This document shows, piece by piece, positions 43,765-52,744 of a stretch of 64,000 nucleotides of DNA (positions within the stretch are counted from its first letter, which is position 1; every line of letters begins with the position of its first letter). The stretch lies in NCBI GenBank assembly GCA_036559125.1, contig DATBTT010000048.1, positions 2,454 to 66,453 of the forward strand, read 5' to 3'. Source of the DNA: Vulcanimicrobiaceae bacterium. GTDB lineage: Bacteria; Vulcanimicrobiota; Vulcanimicrobiia; Vulcanimicrobiales; Vulcanimicrobiaceae. The position numbers and the translations under genes are program-made. The notes beneath the pieces were generated by a model that saw nothing but the letters and a program-made list of their open reading frames with translations, was not told where the DNA came from and made no database searches.

Positions 43765-44432
43765 GTCGGCGCCCCCGCATCCCAGGAATAAATCGTGTTT
43801 TCGGTTGTGCCGGCCGTATACGGATCCAAGTTCGTTCCCGCGATTGCTTGATAGCTCGCCGGCCGTTGGCTGGGCCAGCCGATCGATGAAAACGTGTCGG
43901 CGTGGTAATACCACTCGGAGAAACGGCCGTTTTTGCCGTTGCCCGTGTAATCAATCGTTTGCGCGAAGTACATGCAGTGCGGTGCCGGATACGTGCAAGC
44001 GCCGTTCGGCGCGCAGTAGTTGTTGAGATTCGCGCTGACGCTGAATTGATACGGAGGAGGCGTCCCTCCCTGGGCCGTCGGCGTGTAGGGTTCGATATCC
44101 GCGCCGCTTATCGTAAGCGAACTGGGCATCCCCGGTACGAACGCTAGGCCCGGCATCGTCGTGGTCGCTTGCCCGATGATCACGCCGGGGCGCGGCGTAC
44201 TGAGCGAAATATTGCTTTGCGCTATCCCCGGAAAAACCGCCGCCGCTAGCGGCCCCGGCGAAGTGCCGCCGTTGGCGGCTGAATTCGAGGCGACAAAAGC
44301 AGCGCCGTCGGCCGAGACCTGCCCGAACCCGTAGAGTGCGATCTGGAGCGCGCCCAACATCATCATGAGTGCGACCGTAAGCATGATCGCGGTTTCCGGC
44401 AGGGTGTTCCCACGCATCACATCATGTTTCAT
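43758..44432 (-). CDS. TadE-like minor pilin / pseudopilin
   Basis: Start ATG 44432 (ATGA overlap with the flp stop). MKHDVMRGNTLPETAIMLTVALMMMLGALQIALYGF. Ends in ...GAPTC. Confidence 0.6.
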   Translation of the reverse strand: MKHDVMRGNTLPETAIMLTVALMMMLGALQIALYGFGQVSADGAAFVASNSAANGGTSPGPLAAAVFPGIAQSNISLSTPRPGVIIGQATTTMPGLAFVPGMPSSLTISGADIEPYTPTAQGGTPPPYQFSVSANLNNYCAPNGACTYPAPHCMYFAQTIDYTGNGKNGRFSEWYYHADTFSSIGWPSQRPASYQAIAGTNLDPYTAGTTENTIYSWDAGAPTC

Positions 44433-44614
44433 GGATTCACGTTGATGTTGGTTAGGCCGCTGCCGGTCGTTTGCAAGACGTGCTGGAGTGCCAGGACCAT
44501 GCCCGCGAGTCCGAATATCATCGGAATTGCGGCGACTGCAGAAATGACGGCATATTCCACCAGCGCTCCCCCTTGATCGTCTGCGATGAATGTCCGTAGA
44601 TCCTGAATGCACAT
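44429..44614 (-). CDS. flp: Flp-family type IVb pilin (copy 2)
   Basis: 61 aa. LRTFIADDQGGALVEYAVISAVAAIPMIFGL has the Flp G/xxxEY processing motif plus a hydrophobic helix. It starts 5 nt after the cpaC stop. Confidence 0.75.
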   Translation of the reverse strand: MCIQDLRTFIADDQGGALVEYAVISAVAAIPMIFGLAGMVLALQHVLQTTGSGLTNINVNP

Positions 44615-44619
44615 CGGCT

Positions 44620-46050
44620 TTATCTCGTAATCACGTACGGCGTCATCACGAAGACGACGTCGGTTTCGTCGCGCTGATATCGGACGTCGCGAAAGAGCCG
44701 GCCGATGATGGGCAACTTTCCGAGCAGCGGCACTTCATCGACGTTTCGCTGTTCTTGATGGCGCAACAGACCGCCCATGATGATGCTTTCGCCCGGCTGC
44801 GTCACTAATTCCGTCGAGAGTTTGCTTTCCTTGAGCGCCGGTATGACGAACCCATTGATGTTGACGCCGTCTTGAAAATCCAGATCCGAAACCTCCGGCG
44901 CGATCTTCGTTTGCACGTTGCCGTTTCCGAGCAGGACCGGCGTGATGTCGAGTTTGACCCCAAACTCCTTATACGTGATGCTGACCTGGCCCAGGCCCGT
45001 TGAAAACGGAATCGGAATCTCGCCGCCGACCAAAAAATTAGCTTCGTTGCCGGGCATCGTTACGAGATTAGGCGCGGAGAGAACTCGCGCGTGCCCCTGT
45101 TGTACCAGCAAGTCGATTTGCGGGGCAAGCACGGTCGTTCGGAAGAACGGCCCGAGGCGAAACGGATCGAGCGGGAATTTGTTTTGTTCGACGATCGGGA
45201 AACTCGGTGCGCCAAGTACGACATGTCCGGTTGAGTCCAAGTTGCCGGCATTGAGTTTGACTCCGAGTTGCGAAAGCGCAGTCCGGTCGACTTCGAGCAC
45301 GTTGACGCGAACGTCGATCTGGGTTTCGAGTTCGGTGCCGAGACGGTCGATGAGCTGGCCGGTGGCCGACAGATAGCGACCCGAGAGCGCCCGAACGTGG
45401 TCGAGCACTTCTTGCCGGGTTGCCTCGTCGCGCACGCGGCCGCTTACGATCACGTTGCCTTTGCCGTCGGGGTCCACGCGAATGTCCTGCGCGCCCGGAA
45501 GGCCGGCGACCTGATCCTGAAGATCGCCTAGCGGGTGAGCGACCAGAACCGCATTTACGATGGTGTACTTCTCGGCTTTCGCGACTGCGGCAAAACGCCC
45601 CAGGATGTCGCCGATCGCTTGAAAGTGCGCGCCGTCGGAGACGGTTCCGCGCACGACGATCGTGTGTCCGAAGTCTTGTACCTGCACTTCATTCGAATCG
45701 ATGGTGGAGCGCAACATTTGTGCGACGATATCGACGCTGCTCGACGTGACCGTGAGATCTATGGCGTGTTGCATCGGGGCCTTCGCACTACCGTTCCAGA
45801 TCAGAATCGTCGTTCGACCGGGAGCCTTCGCCGTAAGGAGCAACTGCGAGGTGCCGATGGGCACCACGGTCACGACGTTTTTATCGCCGACCGCGACGCG
45901 CTGAAGGCGCGTATACGTCAACACGGATGTGTGCCCGGTTTGCAACGTCAGGAGGTGCGTGCTCGCGTCGGCCCCCGCCGTGCCCGTGGAGGCGAAGGCG
46001 CTGAAAAGTACGACTGCAACGGCGCGAAGCATATGGGCGAAGTGTTTCAC
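44620..46050 (-). CDS. cpaC: CpaC/RcpA-type secretin
   Basis: Signal peptide, pilus N-terminal domain (LTLQTGHTSVLTY..VAVGDKNVVTVVP), BON-like region, and secretin core (LSAPNLVTMPGNEANFLVGGEIPIP...ELVTQPGESIIMGGLL...VPLLGKLPIIGRLFR). Confidence 0.85.
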   Translation of the reverse strand: MKHFAHMLRAVAVVLFSAFASTGTAGADASTHLLTLQTGHTSVLTYTRLQRVAVGDKNVVTVVPIGTSQLLLTAKAPGRTTILIWNGSAKAPMQHAIDLTVTSSSVDIVAQMLRSTIDSNEVQVQDFGHTIVVRGTVSDGAHFQAIGDILGRFAAVAKAEKYTIVNAVLVAHPLGDLQDQVAGLPGAQDIRVDPDGKGNVIVSGRVRDEATRQEVLDHVRALSGRYLSATGQLIDRLGTELETQIDVRVNVLEVDRTALSQLGVKLNAGNLDSTGHVVLGAPSFPIVEQNKFPLDPFRLGPFFRTTVLAPQIDLLVQQGHARVLSAPNLVTMPGNEANFLVGGEIPIPFSTGLGQVSITYKEFGVKLDITPVLLGNGNVQTKIAPEVSDLDFQDGVNINGFVIPALKESKLSTELVTQPGESIIMGGLLRHQEQRNVDEVPLLGKLPIIGRLFRDVRYQRDETDVVFVMTPYVITR

Positions 46051-46078
46051 AGGCGCAATTATGACACAGGCGCTCGGC

Positions 46079-46126
46079 GTTAACGCGTTAACGGTTTTTG
46101 ACGTTAAGTTAACTTTGGTTTTAACC
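46079..46126. promoter_or_regulatory. AT-rich TTAAC repeat array in the divergent tad control region, with a possible promoter
   Basis: gTTAACgcgTTAACggtttttgacgTTAAgTTAACtttggtTTTAACc. Two of the units are GTTAAC palindromes. TTGACG (46098-46103), 18-nt spacer, TAACCT could serve as -35/-10 for the plus-strand operon. Confidence 0.4.
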
Positions 46127-46197
46127 TATTGCGCTGCTTTCGAGCCACGTGCAGTATGGAGCCATCGGCCCGCATCGGGCGGATTCTCGAAGCTGGG

Positions 46198-46665
46198 ATG
46201 GAGGGTTTACCAATCCTGAAGCAAGTTGCGTTGGTCGCACTGGTTGGAGTTGCCGGTCTGGTAGCTCCGGCGGTTGCAGCTGAGCACGGCAAACCCGTGG
46301 TCGTTTCCACCACCCCGACCACGGGTGCCCTCTCACTGCACGTCGAGCCGGCGACCGGAGCGGAGGCCGTGCGCGTAAACTGCGCCGGACCTGCAAATGC
46401 GCCGGTCACCATCACGCTCTTCGCGACGCTGTCGTCGGACATTCCGACGGTGGTCGTTAGCCGCCACGACTTCACGATCGATCGCAGCGGGCAGCTTTCG
46501 ACGACGATTTCGATCGCGTCGGACTTTGTTCGCGGCAGCATACTCACGGTACGCGTGACTTCGCTCGATACCGTCGTACCCGCGCAAGCTTCACTGTTGG
46601 TAGGCGCTCCAAACCCACACGTTTCGGTTCCGCTCGAACAGCTACCGGCCATCTTCACGCATTAA
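46198..46665 (+). CDS. secreted hypothetical protein, first gene of the plus-strand flp operon
   Basis: MEGLPILKQVALVALVGVAGLVAPAVAAE is a signal peptide with an AxA site. GC3-rich frame. Preferred over the antisense ORF 46104-46658. Confidence 0.45.
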   Translation: MEGLPILKQVALVALVGVAGLVAPAVAAEHGKPVVVSTTPTTGALSLHVEPATGAEAVRVNCAGPANAPVTITLFATLSSDIPTVVVSRHDFTIDRSGQLSTTISIASDFVRGSILTVRVTSLDTVVPAQASLLVGAPNPHVSVPLEQLPAIFTH

Positions 46666-46677
46666 GGAGATTCACAC

Positions 46678-46839
46678 ATGCTCGCTACGTTACAAACATT
46701 CATCCGCGACGACGAAGGCGCCACCATGGTGGAATACGGCCTCATGGTCGCCCTGGTCGCCATCGCGTGCATCATCGCCGTAACCGCGCTCGGTACCAAA
46801 CTAAGCGCGCTGTTCACCAGCACCTCCAACGACGTTTAA
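46678..46839 (+). CDS. flp: Flp-family type IVb pilin (copy 1), 53 aa; not in the ORF track (no listed ORF is shorter than 60 aa)
   Basis: AAGGAGA RBS at 46664-46670. MLATLQTFIRDDEGATMVEYGLMVALVAIACIIAVTALGTKLSALFTSTSNDV shows a textbook Flp motif (G/ATMVEYGL) followed by a hydrophobic helix. Confidence 0.8.
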   Translation: MLATLQTFIRDDEGATMVEYGLMVALVAIACIIAVTALGTKLSALFTSTSNDV

Positions 46840-46861
46840 GTCGAAGGAATGCATGCGACTT

Positions 46862-46895
46862 GACGGATACCGCCAGTCCACAGGCGGTATCCGTC
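46862..46895 (+). terminator. strong stem-loop after flp (attenuator or partial terminator; no U-tract)
   Basis: Perfect 13-bp stem gacggataccgcc / ggcggtatccgtc with 8-nt loop agtccaca. It starts 23 nt after the flp stop and ends 20 nt before cpaA. Confidence 0.5.
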
Positions 46896-46914
46896 GACAA
46901 GCTGCTCGCGCACA

Positions 46915-47448
46915 ATGCCGATGCAACACGCGATCGAATTTCTAGCCTTAGCCGCTTGCGGCGCGGGCGCGATTACCGACATCCGTTCGAAGCGCATCCC
47001 GAACGCTTTGACGTTGAGCGCGGCGGTCGTGGCGCTCGCCCTACATGCGATGCTGGGTCCCGTCTCTTTGGCAAAGGCGGCGCTCGTTATGGTCGTGGTG
47101 CTGGCCGCCGGGATAGCGGTTTTTCGCCTCAAGCTTATAGGCGGAGGCGATGTCAAGCTCGTCGCGGCGATTGCCGGGGCGTTCGGATTCCCGGACGCGG
47201 TACCGTTCGTGCTGTACACGATGGTTGCCGGAGGGGTCCTCGCGATCGCATATGCGTTATCGCGCGGAACGCTTAGGCAAACCGTTCAAAATACACTAGT
47301 GGCAACGCAGCCGTTGCTGTATCGCCGCCTACCGGTTGCGCTTCCGGCGACTACCGAAAAGATGCCGTACGGACTGGCGATCTTTATCGGTGCGAGCTTC
47401 GTCGTTCTCTCCCACGCCTATGCGCCGTTTCTTCGCTTCCCGGTCTAA
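46915..47448 (+). CDS. cpaA: A24-family prepilin peptidase (CpaA/TadV-type)
   Basis: AITDIRSKRIPNALTL (first Asp) and LIGGGDVKLVAAIAGAFG (GxGD-type second Asp). Confidence 0.8.
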   Translation: MPMQHAIEFLALAACGAGAITDIRSKRIPNALTLSAAVVALALHAMLGPVSLAKAALVMVVVLAAGIAVFRLKLIGGGDVKLVAAIAGAFGFPDAVPFVLYTMVAGGVLAIAYALSRGTLRQTVQNTLVATQPLLYRRLPVALPATTEKMPYGLAIFIGASFVVLSHAYAPFLRFPV

Positions 47449-47457
47449 GGGTCACCC

Positions 47458-48324
47458 ATGAATACGCGCCGTACCACGATCGTCGTTGCCATTTTGCTGG
47501 CAATCGGAACCGGTTGGCTGACGCTGACGTACCTACGTTCGTTCCAGCAGGCCAATGCGCCGGCAAACGAGTTGCGCCGCGTCTTCGTCGCGACTCAAGA
47601 CATACCGGCGCGCACTCAGATCAATCCCGTCATGTTCCGAAGCGAAACGCGCCCCGTAAAACAGGTCGATCCCGACGCTATCGGCGATCCCATGCGGATG
47701 GCGGGGAGCATTTCGCTCATCACGATCCCCGCGGGCTCGGTGCTCACGGAATCAAAAGTGGGTCATCCCGTCGACGTCGGACTTTCCGTTCGGCTCAAGC
47801 CCGGCTTGCGCGCCGTATCGATCGCCGTCGATCGCGTCAAAGGAGTTTCGGGTTTGCTCGAACCGGGCGACCGCGTCGACGTCATCGCAAGCGTTCCCAA
47901 GGAAGCCGGCAAGGGCCCGCGCGCGGTTACGATCATACGCGGCGCGACCGTTCTTGCGGTAGGCGTTACGCTGGAAACGGCGCAAGCGACGCCCTCGCCG
48001 GAGGAACAAAGCGCGCAAACCGTGACGCTCGGCGTAACCCCGAAACAAGCCGACCTGCTCACCGTCGCCGACAACAACACGTCCCTTCGACTCGCGCTGC
48101 GCTCGCCGCGCGAGAAATTGCGTTCCGAACCGGTCGAAGCGCTGGATCTCAACGGTCTAGCCGACCCAAGCATGGGGGGCGGCCGGTTTTCCGCTCCGGT
48201 TACTCCCCCGGTGCTTGCCGCAGCTCCCGCCGGCGCGCCGTTTCGTGCCGATCCGCCGCCGGCGCCGGCTCGGCGTGCGTCGAGCGGAATCGTCGTCATT
48301 GAAGGGTCCGGAGTGGAGCAATGA
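47458..48324 (+). CDS. cpaB: Flp pilus assembly protein CpaB (SAF plus RcpC domains)
   Basis: N-terminal TM, VFVATQDIPARTQINPVMF (SAF), LKPGLRAVSIAVDRVKGVSGLLEPGDRVDVIASV. Confidence 0.8.
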   Translation: MNTRRTTIVVAILLAIGTGWLTLTYLRSFQQANAPANELRRVFVATQDIPARTQINPVMFRSETRPVKQVDPDAIGDPMRMAGSISLITIPAGSVLTESKVGHPVDVGLSVRLKPGLRAVSIAVDRVKGVSGLLEPGDRVDVIASVPKEAGKGPRAVTIIRGATVLAVGVTLETAQATPSPEEQSAQTVTLGVTPKQADLLTVADNNTSLRLALRSPREKLRSEPVEALDLNGLADPSMGGGRFSAPVTPPVLAAAPAGAPFRADPPPAPARRASSGIVVIEGSGVEQ

Positions 48325-50405
48325 AATCTGCGGCGTTCGTCTTCATCGGCGCTAAAGGCGGCGTCGGGACGAGCACGCTCGCATACGAGCTCGCGAAGTC
48401 GCTAACGAATAAGGGGAATGCCGCTCTCGTCGATGCGGACTTTTCGGGAAGGCGCAGCGTTGCGGTGCTGAGCGGCAAGACGCGCGAACTCGATGCTTCT
48501 CGCAGCGAACGCGAAGTTGCGGTCCATCGTTCGGGCGGCCTGACGACGATCGAACTGACCGACAGTTACGACATGGCCCTGGCGCTCAACCTCGACGCAG
48601 TGGATCAACTGGCCGACGAGTTGGCGGAAGGGTACGCGCTGATTTACGTCGATGCGCCGCAGCCGTTTTCGGCCGCCATCCGTAGCTTCGTCTGTCGAGC
48701 CTATCGGTTCCTAATCGTTGTCGAGCCGGACCTTCTCGGCCTGACCGGCGCTCGCGCAATGCTCAACGAACTGGTTCGGTTCGGCGTGCCGAAAACGCGA
48801 ATCGTGGCCGTCATGGATTGGCACGTGGGCAAGCCGGAAATATCGAAGAACGAAGTAGAGAAAATCCTCGGGACCGACGTGGTTGCGGAGATTCCCCCAA
48901 AAAATGACCGCCAGTTCCACCGCGCGGTCGAGGCTCTCAATGCGTATCTGCTGGCGGTGCCCGAGGCCGGTCCCATTGAATCGCTCAAACCTTCCGTGCG
49001 CGCTCCTCTGAGCGAACGGCGCCGTGAGAATCGGCGGGTGTTCTCCCTAAACGATCCGCTTATGCCTGCCAATCAATCGCATGCGGTGCGAGACGTCGAT
49101 GCAGGTGAGGCCGCGCGCAACGCAATCAAGACGCAAATTCACGACGAACTGGGAAAGCGTCTCGATTTCGTGCAGGCCAGTCACGTGCACAACGACGCAC
49201 AAAAACTGGCGGAACTTCGCGTTAAGATCGACGAACTCACGCGGTCGATCATTGCCGAGCGCTCGGACGTAGGCAGCCCCGAGGACTCTACGCGATTACG
49301 CCGCGAAGTTATCGATGAGGCCCTCGGCTTCGGACCCCTCGAGGATCTGCTTAGCGACGAATCGATCAGTGAAATAATGGTTAACGGGCCGAACAAAGTG
49401 TACGTGGAGCGCAAAGGCAAGATCGAGCTTACCTCCAAGCAGTTTACCGATAATCGGCAATTGCGGTTGGTGATCGATCGCATCATCGCGCCCATCGGAC
49501 GGCGCATCGACGAATCGGTGCCCATGGTCGATGCACGCCTTGCGGACGGGTCGCGCGTCAACGCCATCATCGAACCGCTCTCGCTTAAGGGACCGACGCT
49601 CACGATCCGTCGATTCGGCACGAAGCGTCTGCAAGTCGCGGACCTGTTGCGCCTTGGAGCTTTGAACGAGCCCATGGTTCACTTCTTGCGCGCGTGCATT
49701 CAAAGCCGCATGAACATTGTCGTAAGCGGAGGCACGGGATCGGGAAAGACGACGCTTCTAAACATCCTTTCGGGCTTCATACCGCCGGACGAACGCATCG
49801 TCACTATCGAGGATGCGGCGGAATTGTTGCTCGATCAGCCGCACGTCGTGTCGCTCGAATCTCGCCCGGCGAACATCGAAGACCGCGGCGAGGTCAAAAT
49901 CCGGGATTTGGTGCGCAATTCGCTGCGCATGCGCCCCGACCGCATCGTGGTTGGAGAGTGCCGCGGAGCCGAAGCGTTGGATATGCTTCAGGCGATGAAT
50001 ACGGGTCACGACGGCTCGCTTACGACGCTTCATGCCAATTCCGCGCGCGACGCCATGTCGCGCATTGAGACGCTCGTAATGATGGCCGGTTTCGATCTTC
50101 CGGTGCGCGCGATTCGGGAGCAAATAGCGAGCGCCGTCGACCTCGTCGTCCAATCGGCCCGCCTGCGTGACGGCAGCCGCAAGATCGTGAGCATTTGCGA
50201 AATCGTGGGCATGGAGGGCGACGTCGTTACCATGCAAGAGGTCGTAAAATATACGATGCACGGGGTCAACGAGGACGGTAGCGTTATCGGGAAGTTCGAG
50301 TACACGGGCGTGCAACCGCACTCGCTGCGCCGCTTCGACGAATCCGGTACGTCCTTCGACACGCGGGAACTGTCCGAAATGCCTTCGGCCGGGGCGCTCT
50401 GGTAG
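48321..50405 (+). CDS. fusion of a TadZ/CpaE-like ParA/MinD-type domain (N-terminal) to the CpaF/TadA secretion ATPase (C-terminal)
   Basis: Residues 1 to about 230: [20 protein letters not shown] (deviant Walker A with Thr in place of the second Lys), [20 protein letters not shown]. Residues from about 330 to the end: [72 protein letters not shown]. One uninterrupted 694-aa ORF. Confidence 0.85.
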   Translation: MKSAAFVFIGAKGGVGTSTLAYELAKSLTNKGNAALVDADFSGRRSVAVLSGKTRELDASRSEREVAVHRSGGLTTIELTDSYDMALALNLDAVDQLADELAEGYALIYVDAPQPFSAAIRSFVCRAYRFLIVVEPDLLGLTGARAMLNELVRFGVPKTRIVAVMDWHVGKPEISKNEVEKILGTDVVAEIPPKNDRQFHRAVEALNAYLLAVPEAGPIESLKPSVRAPLSERRRENRRVFSLNDPLMPANQSHAVRDVDAGEAARNAIKTQIHDELGKRLDFVQASHVHNDAQKLAELRVKIDELTRSIIAERSDVGSPEDSTRLRREVIDEALGFGPLEDLLSDESISEIMVNGPNKVYVERKGKIELTSKQFTDNRQLRLVIDRIIAPIGRRIDESVPMVDARLADGSRVNAIIEPLSLKGPTLTIRRFGTKRLQVADLLRLGALNEPMVHFLRACIQSRMNIVVSGGTGSGKTTLLNILSGFIPPDERIVTIEDAAELLLDQPHVVSLESRPANIEDRGEVKIRDLVRNSLRMRPDRIVVGECRGAEALDMLQAMNTGHDGSLTTLHANSARDAMSRIETLVMMAGFDLPVRAIREQIASAVDLVVQSARLRDGSRKIVSICEIVGMEGDVVTMQEVVKYTMHGVNEDGSVIGKFEYTGVQPHSLRRFDESGTSFDTRELSEMPSAGALW

Positions 50406-51268
50406 TGACGACCGGCATATTTCCGCTTCTGATCGCCTTCGGAGTCATTGCCTTTGTCGGCGTGATGGCCTTCGCATTTGCAAAACCACTCGCAGAACGG
50501 GGCGTCCTTTTTGTAAAGCGCTTTTCCGGACACCTCGAAATTGCCGGAATCGAACGAAAACCCGAGGAGATCGTCGCGATGACTGCGGGTGGAGGCGTCG
50601 CGCTGTGGGCTTTGATCGCAGTCATTCTCCGGCCGGGATTTGTGGTTGCGGCCATGCTCTTGCCACTTTTGGTCGGACTCGCGTGTGGTGGTTTCTACGC
50701 CTACGTTACGCTTAAGAGCGGCAAGCGCAAAGAAGCATTCTTGACGCAACTTGAGGTCGCTCTCCGGCTTATTTCCAGTGGCCTGCGCATCGGCTTGAGT
50801 TTACGCCAGTCGATGAATTTAGTATCGGAGGAGCTTCTCGATCCGGCGCGCCACGAATTTCAGCGAATGATCGGACAGACGAACATCGGCATCACCCCGT
50901 ACGATGCGCTGGACGATCTGGCCGAGCGACTACCGAGCGGCGAGACCTTGATGCTTGCCCGGGTCGTGCGGATTCAATCGCAGACCGGTGGTAATCTTGC
51001 GACTATTCTCGAGCAGCTTGCCGGAACGATAAAAGAGCGTCGCCGCATCGCTCGCAAAGTCAGTGCGCTAACGGCCGAGGGCCGTGCAGGCGCGCTGGTT
51101 CTCGAGGCGTTACCGATAGGCGTGGGCGGCTTCTTGATGCTAACTCAACACGACATGGCCGTTGCCTTACTGACAACGCTGATCGGCCACGCGACGCTGG
51201 TTATGGTTGGCGTTCTCGAAATAATCGCCATATTCTGGCTGAGTCAAATGCTGAAGGTACGGGCGTGA
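50405..51268 (+). CDS. tadB: TadB-like type II secretion system F-family membrane protein
   Basis: GTG start overlapping the previous stop by 1 nt. T2SSF-like LRLISSGLRIGLSLRQSM...LPSGETLMLARVVRIQSQTGGNLATILEQLAGTIKERRRI. Confidence 0.75.
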   Translation: MTTGIFPLLIAFGVIAFVGVMAFAFAKPLAERGVLFVKRFSGHLEIAGIERKPEEIVAMTAGGGVALWALIAVILRPGFVVAAMLLPLLVGLACGGFYAYVTLKSGKRKEAFLTQLEVALRLISSGLRIGLSLRQSMNLVSEELLDPARHEFQRMIGQTNIGITPYDALDDLAERLPSGETLMLARVVRIQSQTGGNLATILEQLAGTIKERRRIARKVSALTAEGRAGALVLEALPIGVGGFLMLTQHDMAVALLTTLIGHATLVMVGVLEIIAIFWLSQMLKVRA

Positions 51269-52131
51269 TGGGTAGCGTGGGGACGTTAGTCTTCGCGATC
51301 CCGCTCGTAGGCGGCATCTCGATATTTCTCTTTGCGATGTCGCTCATTCCGCAAAAAAGTCCGCTAACGCTTCAACTCGAGGAAATCAAAGGCCGGAACC
51401 TGACCGGACCGCAGGTCAATCGCTTCGCCGTCATCGAGAAGATCTTCGGCGACGAAGGCCGGGGGCGCGTGCAAAAGCAGTTGATAGAAGCGGGTTGGTA
51501 TACGGTGACTCCGGCGCAGATCGGCGCGCGCATGGCGGCCGGCGCAATCGTCGGAATAGCCGCCGGGGTGCTGTTGATGGTTCTGCTGCACAAGTTCAAC
51601 CCGTTGTTCCTCGCGATTGCGGCGATTTTGGCCGCCGTTGGAACCTACGCGCCGATGGTGTTGATGACGCGCGCCATCGATTCACGTAAACTGTCCGTGC
51701 AAAAAGCTTTGCCCGATTTTCTGGATATGGTCGCCACGACGGTTCAGGCAGGCCTATCGATGAATGCCGCGCTCGCATACGCGACGCAGGCGGCTCCGGG
51801 AGCGCTCGGTGAGGAAGTCAAGGAAACGCTCTCGCAGATGCGGCTGGGGCGCAGCCGCGTGGACGCCCTGCGCGCGATGTCCGCTCGCGTCAATCAAGAG
51901 GAACTGAATTCGACGATATCCGCAATCACGCAGGCGGAAAAGCTCGGAGCGAACATTTCGAAAGTCCTCTGCGAACTGGCCGAAGAAGTGCGCAATCGCC
52001 GCATCATGCTGGTGGAAGAGCAAGCCGCGAAGCTTCCGATCAAAATGATCTTCCCGATGGCGTTTTGCCTATTGCCGGCGCTCTTCGCCATCATCTTCGG
52101 TGCCGTCGGCGCGAGAATGGTGCATCACTAG
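51265..52131 (+). CDS. tadC: TadC-like type II secretion system F-family membrane protein
   Basis: 4-nt overlap with tadB. ALPDFLDMVATTVQAGLSMNAAL...TQAEKLGANISKVLCELAEEVRNRR. Confidence 0.75.
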   Translation: MMGSVGTLVFAIPLVGGISIFLFAMSLIPQKSPLTLQLEEIKGRNLTGPQVNRFAVIEKIFGDEGRGRVQKQLIEAGWYTVTPAQIGARMAAGAIVGIAAGVLLMVLLHKFNPLFLAIAAILAAVGTYAPMVLMTRAIDSRKLSVQKALPDFLDMVATTVQAGLSMNAALAYATQAAPGALGEEVKETLSQMRLGRSRVDALRAMSARVNQEELNSTISAITQAEKLGANISKVLCELAEEVRNRRIMLVEEQAAKLPIKMIFPMAFCLLPALFAIIFGAVGARMVHH

Positions 52132-52742
52132 TGCTCTTTGCAAATATGTTTTTTACGGGCCTCCTCTACGGTACGCTGGCCTTTGTGGGAGCCGCCTGGA
52201 GTGCGAGGATGTGCGCGAACCTGCCGCTTCTTGAAGACGGACCGCAGGCTGCGGTGCCGCCGGTGAAAGCGCTGGTCGCCGGAGCGGCGGCGATCGGTAT
52301 TCTCATCGCGCTGCATCGCGCGCCGCCGCAACAAACGCTCTTGCTGGGCATCGTGGTTTTGGCGCTTGCAGCAATTTGGTGTAGCGATACCTCCCACGGC
52401 ATCGTTCCCGACGTGTTTACCCTCGGACCCTTGGCCGCAATCCTACTGGTCGCGGTGCTGATGCAGCAGTGGTGGATCGTTCTCTCGGCTGCGGTGCCGT
52501 TCGTGCCGTTTGCGATAGCCGCTTTGCTTTCCAAAGGTCGCGGCATGGGCTGGGGCGACGTTAAGCTGGTGGCGCTAGGCGGGGCGCTGCTCGGAATGCA
52601 ACTGTCGATCGTTGCGTTCATGGCTGCGTGCATCGCTGCGGTCGTCGTCAGCCGCTTTCAGCGCCGCGCAACCGGCCCAATCGCTTTCGCACCCTATCTT
52701 TGCGCCGCAATCGGCCTGTCATTGGGAGTAGTTGGTAGGTAA
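52131..52742 (+). CDS. second A24-family prepilin peptidase (PilD-core-like)
   Basis: GTG 52131 overlaps the tadC stop (ATG alternative at 52146). CSDTSHGIVPDVFTLGP and GRGMGWGDVKLVALGGALLG carry the two catalytic Asp motifs. Confidence 0.65.
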   Translation: MLFANMFFTGLLYGTLAFVGAAWSARMCANLPLLEDGPQAAVPPVKALVAGAAAIGILIALHRAPPQQTLLLGIVVLALAAIWCSDTSHGIVPDVFTLGPLAAILLVAVLMQQWWIVLSAAVPFVPFAIAALLSKGRGMGWGDVKLVALGGALLGMQLSIVAFMAACIAAVVVSRFQRRATGPIAFAPYLCAAIGLSLGVVGR

Positions 52743-52744
52743 TC

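Noticed and set aside
46104-46658. 184-aa minus-strand ORF opposite the secreted-protein gene
   Set aside because: The plus frame has a signal peptide, higher third-position GC and operon logic with flp1. The minus frame would need its own promoter inside the flp operon. Some uncertainty remains.
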